The notes under the pieces are model-generated. The model saw only the letters and a list, made by a program, of their open reading frames with translations. It did no database searches and was not told the DNA's origin. This document shows, piece after piece, positions 55,013 through 64,000 of a stretch of DNA of 64,000 nucleotides (the stretch's first letter is position 1; the number at the start of each line of letters is the position of its first letter). The translations under genes were made by a program, and so were the position numbers. Source of the stretch: Eutreptiella sp. 'Long Island Sound 2002' (lineage: Eukaryota > Protista > Euglenida); contig OZ038378.1 in assembly GCA_964036045.1 (NCBI GenBank), positions 53,692,001 through 53,756,000 of the forward strand. Direction: 5' to 3'.

Positions 55013-55587
55013 TTTAGAGCTTTGTGGAGTTGGCTAGCGTCCATGCAGGTCCAAGTGTTGATGCATTTGAAGCCAAAAGTCATGAAAGTATGATGATTTT
55101 TCCATGTTTACCAATCTTTACACGGTGCGGAGCACTTTTACACGAGTGGCTGAATTTTCCTCGTGTATGACAGATGTTACCCCCTTTGCCATTGGGTGCG
55201 CCGCTGGAAGCGCTCCTCTGGAACCCCCCCCCCCCCTTTATAGGACACTCGTTGGGTGGGGGCTACCATGCCACGTCCCCTCACTAAAGAAATATGTTGC
55301 TCCTAGTGTTTGTTAGTGAAGATAACAGGCTGTACCATTGCCCGCTTGCTTGATTTAAGATTGGTTCAAAAGTGCTGAAACCCCCGCTAGAACCCCTTCG
55401 AGCACTTCACTAGAAGGGGGTTTTAGCGCTAGAAGCGGGGGGTTCCAGCGCCGGAATCGGGTTCCAGCGGGGGTTCCAATGGGGGTTCAAGCGGTGGAAC
55501 GGGGGCTCCAGCAGGGTTCGAGTAGGGGCTCTAGCACTCGTTCTACCTCCATAGTCGCTGCAGTCCACTCACGCTTCTAACACTATT

Positions 55588-57729
55588 ATGATTTTCACCT
55601 TGTTCATGGACCGCTCGAATTTTCCGGTTCTTACATCTTGGCTTGACAATGCCCTTGTGGGGAATCGTGGATATTCAGCCCTTGTTGCTTGTGAACTTCA
55701 AAGTCTCACAGCTCGAACCACAGGTGCTGCAGTTATTTTCAAGCCCACCACCACCGTTGGTGCGCCCAAGTGAGGGGGTCGATCATGCATGATTGTACTC
55801 CTTTGTGTGGTGACCGATTACATCACCGACGTCATGGACAAAAACCCCCAAGTTCCCATTTTTCAATTCTCCCTTCATCCGAAATACGTGGAGGATTCGC
55901 ACCTCAACATCGCCTCTGGGCTCCCCACCAACTCCAACAGCACTGTGAAGCTGCATGTGGGGGATGACTAGTCCGGCGAAGTCCTCTTTGCTAAGAGGCG
56001 CCCCACAAGCAATAAGATGGGCAATGACAACTATTTACTCCCCCAACCCACAACTCACACACTCCACTTCCTCTCCCTCAAAGACGCACATAGACAGATG
56101 CTCATCTACTCGTTGGCCACATCCACCCCGTTACATTGGAGACCTAACGACCGCTATGGCCTTACCACCCCCACCATGATGTCCACTACCGACGAGCAGC
56201 CCTTCCTGCCTTTTCGTATGCGCCACCCCCTTCCATTGATTGGGAGCAACTAGGAGGTTGTCTCTAGGTCGCCCTTGGCACACCCACCAATGAGAACCCC
56301 AATGCCATCGCCAACTTTGGGCTTTGCCCCTACCGTGGTAACTTTGCCCACTTCCCGGTCCATAACGCCACCCAGGACGAGTGCATCACCGTTCCGGGTC
56401 ACAAGTGAGGGTCCGTCTTCAACGAAAATGTACCGGCTCCAGGTCGTCAAGAAGACAGCCCTGGTCGATGTGCGTGCTATAGCCGCTTGGGACTGCCACT
56501 ACTGGATGAAGAGGGGATGGAGCTGCCGGCCTTGGGCGCCCTCGCCAAGGAAGTACAGTGGGAATTGCAAAAAGTGAAGGAGTTTGAGGATATTGTGTTT
56601 TTTGGGGCTAGCTCTCTCCGCGCTACCAATGATAGGCGGCAACATTGGCACCGGGATCGCCCCTTGACACACAAGACTCAAGGGAGAGCCCTCTCCATAT
56701 TTGTGCCGTGCAACGTAGATACTCCCGGCGATGCCTCTTGTGGTCGATATGTGCCTTTCTCCCATAAGGGTGTGCCGAAGCCCTTGTACGAGTACCCGCT
56801 AAATATGGATGTTGGGGATATGGTCATCTTCACGTCAGAGTTGATTCTCTGTGGCGGGGCGTTCCGGTGGGGCTACTTGCAGGCACTCCTCGGATCATTG
56901 CCCTCATTGCGCTGGCTAATTACAATTTGCACTACAACAACACCGTGCCGATTTCCCACCCACCATGGGCGCATGCCGAAGCGCAGGTACAAGCATTGAC
57001 GGAGAAATGTTGGCGCAATGGATGCCGCAAGAAGGTCCCACGGCCCCCGCCCGTATGCTTCATGTGCCACAAGGTCCCACTGTGTCAAATCCATGGAACT
57101 GTAACTTGCTCCGCCTACGATGCAACACTTACCGCCCCCCCGAACTCTTTGCAGTGCTTGCTCAACATTCCTCCCTTGGTAGTCTATCGCAAGGTTCTTT
57201 AGCATCCGTGGGACCAAGTTGTGTCTGTAGGTTCGCCGACAGATGCCTCATGCCGCTGGGAAATAGTGGAGTTATGACACAACACCTGCCAGAAGCCCCC
57301 GGCGCCTATTAGCCCGCAACAGCCCGTGGATGTGCAAGCAGCACCATGCCTCCCGGAAAACGGCCCTTTCGGACCAGACACCCATGAGGAGGAGTGCCCA
57401 CCGCAACCCACTTCCCACTTCCCGCTGGTCAAAACAAACCCCGGCACCATCCTCATCATCTGCTCAGGACAGTTTGGGGGCACAACCAAACTCCGGACCC
57501 TGATGGGGATGAACTATGTGTCCTACCATGGGATCAAGTACCAAGGGAGACGCAAAATGTCGTGGACGCCATGATCCTTGTTGAATCTGGCCTCGTGCTG
57601 GAGAATCCAAAGGAGGCGGGCGAGTACCTGTGCGCATGCCAACATGTCGCCGTCGGTAGCTCTCGTGCGGTGACATCTCATTTTGATTTGTGGTTGCAGA
57701 TTGCATACGGACACCGTGCGCTGTGCTAG
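55588..57729 (+). pseudogene. E2 cargo gene 1: N-terminal domain, PhyH-like dioxygenase, Cys-rich segment and C-terminal domain
   Basis: RRQHWHRD...VGDMVIFTSELILCGG (distal His apparently lost); CWRNGC...CFMCHKVPLCQIH. Colinear with 1066-1784 plus 8551-9941. Confidence 0.75.
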
Positions 57730-57929
57730 AAGGGGTGCTGGAAGGGGCTTGCAGCGCTAGAAGGGTTGTTGGAATGGGGGGGGTTCTAGCGCTAGAAGGT
57801 GGGGGGTTCCAGCGTTGGAAGGGGGGTTCCAGGGCTCGAAGGGGGGTACCAGCTGGGCTTCCAACATGGGTTCCAGCGCTTGAAGGGTGTTCCAGCACTC
57901 ACTTTAAGGGGTTCAATCTACAATGTATG

Positions 57930-59056
57930 ATTGGATCGTTTATATACCACCTTCCTTTTGTGCTCAGGCCACACTGGACATCTAGCCGTTGCTGTCTCTG
58001 GTGGACGGGAGCAGCAGGAAGCCTAGGAGCTCCCAAAAGTTCAGATTTCGCTAAAGGGTCCGGTTCCGAAGCCCAAGGTTGTGACGCCCGACATTGGTGG
58101 GGAAGTGGACATCCAGGCGATAAAGTGGGCGGCAACCGTGGGTTTGAGTCCAGAGGACTAGACCCAGAGTTTGTTTCTGAAGGGGAAGACTAATTGGTAC
58201 CGATGCCTAAGTTTGCGTGTTAAGACTCAGCAACCACATTTGTTGGTACTCCGTTTGCCTTTGCGCATCACACACAATCACAAACCATCACGCCAAGAGT
58301 CATTTTTGTGTGCGACCGCCACAACATAGGCACACAGAGCATAAGCCTACCAGCTGTGGGATGCTTCAGCAGATGAGTGGGACGTTTGGCACTCTTTGAA
58401 GCGAGTTGCCAATGTATTTTCCTGCGGAAGTGCAGAGCCATGTGGACAAGTGGGTTGCTGAACGTGTTGCGGAGCCGTTAACAGGGTGGGGCCACAAGGC
58501 TGACCCCTGGGTTGTTGAGGAGGATTCTGCAGAGCTTGCCGAAGGTGTCCCTAAGGGTAAGACGGCCGCGAAGGTAGAGGGCAAGCCCACAAAACCCCCG
58601 ACCAACCCCGCCCCCAAGGCCAAGGCCGCCAAGCCCACACCCCCTGTCAGCGCCCCCCCTGCGGACCCGGCCCCCATTCCATTTCCCCTGGAGGAAACGC
58701 TGCGGGGCATTTCTGATGGCGTGGTGCACACAGTAGAGGGAAATGTGCAAACCACATTGAGACATATTTTTCCTTCTGCCATGCGTGAGGCTCTGAAGGC
58801 AGAATTGGCAGCCAAGGCGACCCGTGAGGTGCAGAAGCTTCGTGGGGAGCTCGCTGTAGCTATGAGTCAGGTAAAGGCCGCAGAGAAGCGAGCACAGGAG
58901 CTCCAAGAGACACAACATGACACCAAAAGGCAAAAGCTAGAGTCACAGGGCGAATTGAAGCACATTTCAAGAAATGTGGGAGGAAGAGAAGGACCGGTCC
59001 AACAAGTACCTCTCAATTTTGGAGAAGCAAAAGTGAAGAAGTTTCGCCTCGTGTGA
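57930..59056 (+). pseudogene. E2 cargo gene 2: Pro/Lys-rich linker plus coiled-coil
   Basis: ORF 58406-59056 (KAELAAKATREVQKLRGEL...). Upstream LFLKGKTNWYRCLSLRV resembles LMFQSGQTP*YKVLELNV of E1. Confidence 0.6.
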
Positions 59057-59393
59057 GTGAGGGTGCGGATATATATGGCGCCCTTTTGCACTGTGCCACA
59101 TGTGGGCCACTTGAGATGCGGACTGACAGATGCCAAAAAAGACACCCGAAAACTTTCTTGGTGCAAAGCGTGCCAGGGGACACGGACCCTAGTAACTGCT
59201 TTAAATGATGCATGAGCTGGTAGTATTTGACACCGTTGAAAAGGTCGTTGGAAGGGGGTTCCAGCGGTGGAAGGGGGGGGGGGTCCGGCGCTACAAGGTG
59301 GGGTTCAAGCACTTATTCTAGCGGGGGTTCGAGCGCCGGAAGGGGGTTCTAGCGGGGGTTCTAGCGCCCATTCCTAGTCTGTGGGTGTCTTAA

Positions 59394-60950
59394 ATGGACA
59401 AGGCTTTGGCAGCGTTTACGCAAGCAGTACCTCCCCTAGCGGCCTATTCGCAACTCAAGGACCGCGCACGACGTGAGAGGTGCGTGCTCATTGACACAGT
59501 CCTGGCAGCACTTTTCGTGGGGGGCACGCCGCTAGTTGAAGAAACCGCGGATGGGCTTTTCATCCGTAGCAGCATGTACTTTGAAGGGGAGGACAGCCAG
59601 GCCTATCGGGCTGTAGTTCGCGTCTCGAAATACGCCGTGGAGTCCAACGTCTCGATCCCGCAAATATTGAGGTTGTCACAGCAATGCACGCAACGCGACC
59701 TTCGCAACCCGCAGCCCCGCTTGACATTGTACACGGCGGAAACACCGACCGTCACCGGGGGGTCCATGCACCATAGGACTGCAAAAGTGACACAGCTGAA
59801 GGATGTTGTGGTAAACCAAGTTCAACTGGCAATGGCCGAGGGTAATTACAAACATAATGGGACTAAACGATGCATCTGGGCGGTTGTGGTGCCCGATGGA
59901 ACTCCTTTGTGGAAAACTAGTGTTTCAAAAGCGGATTTCTTTGTCCATTTTTGGGAGGAGGGCGTGAAAGGTGCTGGACACATTGTCCGTTGGGCAATGT
60001 GCCTGTGCATGGACGGGCCCGATGACGCTGGCTGTCTCCTAGCTCTGGACGACATAGGCCAACTCAATAAACCAGTACATTGCTGTGTTGCAGAGGGACA
60101 CCACATTTTTCATCGATGGCGATTCGTGGTGGTTCATGGTGTTCCTCTCTCGGGATAGCAAGTTGATGGCCGTAACAAACGGCCCGGGAAAATGTTGCCG
60201 TTGTGACGATGTTACTATTGTACGTCCATTGGACCATGTCTTCAAACCTGTTCGTTGGGGCTCCTTCTTGCGGAGTATCAAGGCGGACCGTCGGGTGGGA
60301 GACGTGGTCCGTGCTGCCTGCCGCGTGACATGCGCTTTCAAGAAGCGATTATCTGATGATATTGCCCGGTGGTTGGTTGGGGTGGTTGGCCAACGTGCCA
60401 TGGCCCGTGAATTTCATGAAATTTCGGGTGAGATATTGCATTCCAGCCGCGGAGCGAAAGGACCTTTTGCCTGAAAAGGCAAAGGGGTGAACATATGACA
60501 TTAGCACGGTTGGACTTTTTTGGGACCAACCCGCAATTCAACAACGGCTCACGGTATTCCTCCAAACGCACTTTCGAGGTATTATTTGCAACGGTGTATG
60601 TATTTATGTTCTTGTTGCCGCTTTTTTTGCGCGATTTTGGTGCACTTCACACACAATGGCGCAAAAAAGAATATCTTCTTGACGTCGAGGTGGCCTGTGC
60701 CAAAGCTTTGTGTGTAAGCATTGGCACATGTTGGCAGATATAGGGGTGCAAGGCCACTCCATGTGTCCATGGGACTGCCGCCCACTCACACTACTTCCTT
60801 GCCAAATATCGCACTTTATATCTATTTTCCAATGTACCCGCCCAATACGGGCACCGCCGATTTAATACGCAGGTGAAAAACTCCATGCGTGGATGGTCGC
60901 ACCAAAAGCCACGCGTGTGGAAATGAGGCTTGCGCCATGTGCTTCACATG
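59394..60950 (+). pseudogene. E2 transposase, RAG1/Transib-like DDE
   Basis: VVVPDGTPLW, CMDGPDD, LSRDSKLMAVTNGPGKCCRC, RWGSFLR and ATPCVHGTAAH...FSNVPAQYGHRRF. One frameshift near 60090 and some stops. Confidence 0.75.
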
Positions 60951-61399
60951 AAGATTATGCAAATTGGCTTGCGGCACTACATTGCATGCAAGGGCTGTGC
61001 ACTATTGAAAAGACAAGGGCGTTGAACTACAAGGACATTGTCCTGCATCGATGAGCTGAATTGTAATCGGTTTTTGCCACCAGTGCGCGTTTTGGTGACG
61101 TTGGGATGTGCGCCGGAAGGGGGGTTTTCGGCACGTGAACCCCCGTTGGAACCCCCTTCCGGCGCTAGAAGGGTTCGTTGAAAGGGGGTTCCATCGGGGG
61201 TTCCACCGCTGGAAAGGGGCAAAAAAAGTTGCCGGAAGCCCGCGAGAAGGGGGTTACAGCACTACTTCAAGCACTTTTTGCGTGCCCAAGTGCTCCGCAA
61301 GGACTGGGTGACCACGAACACCCAAGTGATGTGCATGGTAAAAATTTGTGCTAGAAGAGGGGGGTGCTGCAGAGCGCTTCCAGCGGCGCACCCCAAATG

Positions 61400-62600
61400 A
61401 GGGGTACCCTGGGTCTTGGTCCTGATTCCATTGGTGAGATTTTGGCCGACATGGATTGCACAGGGTGTACTGCTGGTGGATTGTCTGCCCTACTATGCAC
61501 AATCAAAAGGGATCACACATGGGAGTTGGTGTTTTGCATCCTGAGAACCAAATCGTGCATGAATCTAGACGTATGTTATAGTACTGCAACACTTTTTCGT
61601 TTTTCGACTGCTGGTTGTTTTGCTGAACTGTGATGCCTTAGGTAATCATGAGGCGCCTGAGAAGGTAAAACACCTACTCAAAGATAAGTCTCGTGCCAAC
61701 AAGGTGAATTTGGGTAAGTGGGTGTGGTCTGAGTCCGATCAATGGCCAAGCTGGGATGCAATTTCCAAAGCTTCGATGTGGTCTGCTGATGAGTGGGAAT
61801 CTTTTCGTATTATCTTGGCAAAGCCTGGTATCCGACCTGCATTGATCTCGTCTGCTGAGGACAAGGAGAGGACTCTTACATTGGGAGACGGGGACAAGCA
61901 GCGAGTTTCAATTGTAATTCTGTGGCACACAAGTTGGGCGCGTTGAACTACAACATGTTATGTGAGGCACACCAATGCCGCCTTTTCGTTTTTTCTTTTC
62001 AATCATATAGGTTGCTTCCCACCATTTACTTCAGATTCTTGTTGATGTGGCGGAGGATGTGAGTGACCTTGATGTGCATCCCCTACTGGTTACAACATTG
62101 GAGAAGAACAGAGCCCTAATGTTTTCCAGCGAAACAGGCGCCCGTTAAGGTTGCTATGCATCCATTCAGGGACCTTGAGGCCACCAGTGGTTTGCAGTTT
62201 CTTACTTCACATTTGTATGACTTTGAAGGCACGCACCCTGTGCACCGGTTCACTGAGCACACCTTTGTGATTGCTGTTCCCGACTGCCTGCCCGGTAAGG
62301 TGCCCAACTATGTCTCGTATACAAGGAAAGCACTACAGTGCAACATGTGCCTGTCACTTGTCGGGTGGGTGCTGCGTGAGCTTAACATTGTTCCCTGTGG
62401 TGAGGAGCACGAGGTCCGGTTGTTGTTTGTGACTGCACTGCCTCATCCCCCTGCAGTGTTGGCCACGTGCCTGGCATGTGCAGTGAACGTTGCCGTTGCA
62501 TTCAACGGGAGGTTTGCTGGTCCGGAAGAGTACTCCTTGTTTGTCAACAATGTCTGCAAGAATTTGATGCAACCTATCTGATTGATTGGGACTGCGTCTG
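61400..62600 (+). pseudogene. Accessory gene of the outermost Academ-like element (homolog of 43270-44348)
   Basis: WVWSESDQWPSW...ASMWS motif shared with 43270-44025. Confidence 0.55.
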
Positions 62601-64000
62601 TAATGCGTTGCTTCGTAGTGATGTACAAATGTTTTGGACTTTTGTTGTTGGTAGTCCGGGACGGGATGGCGATGGGGCCAAGGATCAGTCTTCCGATGAT
62701 TAAATTGAGCTGGCCGATAGGAAGGCAGTCATGCCGTCAAAAGGCCCGAAAATTACTGCTGTGCAGCCCCCCGCACCAAAGCCCAAGGCTGCTCACTCTA
62801 ACGGGAAGACCCTTGGTAAGACCCTTGGACCCTTTCATCAACGGGTGCAACAGGCCAAGGCCAGTGCAAACAAGCCGAAGCGCAAGTAGGATGTATTTGT
62901 TTATATGTTTGTATCCGTGTGAATGCTCCGATTTGCTGTTTTTGACAAAAAGTGCTTTGCAGCGGGCTTTTGTCATCGGAACGGATATTTTTACCCCATT
63001 TATGCCGGGTTTGAATATGAAAGCGCGTTGAAGCGCGCTTCATTGCGATTTCGCCTTTTTTTGATGCCCTTTCAAGGGCCATGTATGTGGAACTAGTTTG
63101 TTTGAATTTGGATGTGCCTTTGAGCGCCATGTATTGCAAGAATGCTTATTGGACTTATCAGAATCTTATTGGACATCATTTTGACGGGGTGCATGGTGGA
63201 ACGTCACTGCGGTACCATGTTGAAACATGATGCCTTGCTATGTGTTTCTTCTCGTCCTTGTCTGACAGGAGCACGAAGCACGAAAACAATCGTCAAAAAA
63301 CCCCAAAAAATTTTACGCGCTGCGGGGGTTGAAAAACACCATTTTTCTCTTGGGGTTTAGGTGGGGGATTTCTATTTTTTGAGAACGTGCGTAAGCGGCC
63401 GCCCAAGTAACACTCCTCCGCCGGCACCAAGATACCCATAGCACCGTGCCGGCCTCGCACCTGGAGCGGCCGTCGAGGTGATACATGCCGCGGGCTGTCA
63501 CAAATCTCGTGTTTTTTGGGACCGCGACGTGGGCATTGTCGTGGCCATGGTCTTGGCATTCGGGTTCTGGTGAAAGGGTCTTTCTCGTAATGTCAAATGA
63601 CTTCACTCTGCTGATCAAGTACCTAAAGGATTCTTATAGTTCTCACTAGCCACCACGTAAGATTGTGGGGTTGTCTTGGGGGGGTTGATCCCCTATTTTT
63701 TCTCCAAAATTTCTCCTGCAATCATACGTGTCCAAATTGCTTGCTTTGGGGTCTTGTTTGTACGAGGCCCAATGTGTGTTCGGGTTTGGGCCATATTTTG
63801 TTCTGTGACAAATGGTAGAACCTCCCCCACTGGCACCTGGTGGAAGATATGCCCTACCTTGGCCATGTGGAAATGACCTCCAATATACAAGACATGGATT
63901 GCACCACTAGGTAAGCGCCTTACCACCATTCCCGCTTTTGAAGCCTACGTGGAGCATGCTTTGAGCGATGGGGGCGTCCGAATTGCCGGCGATCAACATG

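Larger units (their letters stand above)
55193..61395 (+). mobile_element. Element E2: 6.2-kb three-gene TG...CA transposon, the cleanest copy of the family
   Basis: Perfect 22-bp inverted repeat GGGTGCGCCGCTGGAAGCGCTC (55194-55215, 61372-61393) with TG...CA ends. Flanks AT versus AA, so the target duplication is unresolved. Confidence 0.85.

Noticed and set aside
63300-64000. Functional assignment of the coding-like frames at the window end
   Set aside because: Protein-like stretches occur on both strands, but I recognise no motif.

Overview
Eukaryotic, fairly GC-rich DNA: GT-AG introns, (TA)n/(CA)n microsatellites and homopolymer runs are present. I see no intact host gene, rRNA or tRNA. 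Almost the whole window reads as a nested stack of decayed transposons. Outermost is an Academ-like (DUF6589-type) DDE element. Its transposase is split by a 35.4-kb insertion (331-35730) and its downstream gene reappears at about 61400-63200. The main finding is a family of large multigene DNA transposons with TG...CA termini and mostly 2-bp target duplications: X 331-35730, E1 674-14233, B 1785-8550, X' 28253-34381, E3 38394-49814 and E2 55193-61395. The coding members share the order [N-terminal domain + PhyH-like 2OG-Fe(II) dioxygenase] - [coiled-coil protein] - [RAG1/Transib-like DDE transposase]. X instead carries a TET/JBP-like dioxygenase remnant. Each element has its own short-repeat or palindrome signature between genes. 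Also present: two multigene piggyBac-like elements with ATAT ends, a second Academ-like element carrying palindromes spaced about 60 bp apart, a cluster of (TA)n-targeting 1-1.2 kb elements, a foldback MITE, a non-LTR RT remnant and an RNase H remnant. Removing the insertions by eye restores reading frames at two junctions. All family assignments come from motif recognition by eye, not database searches.
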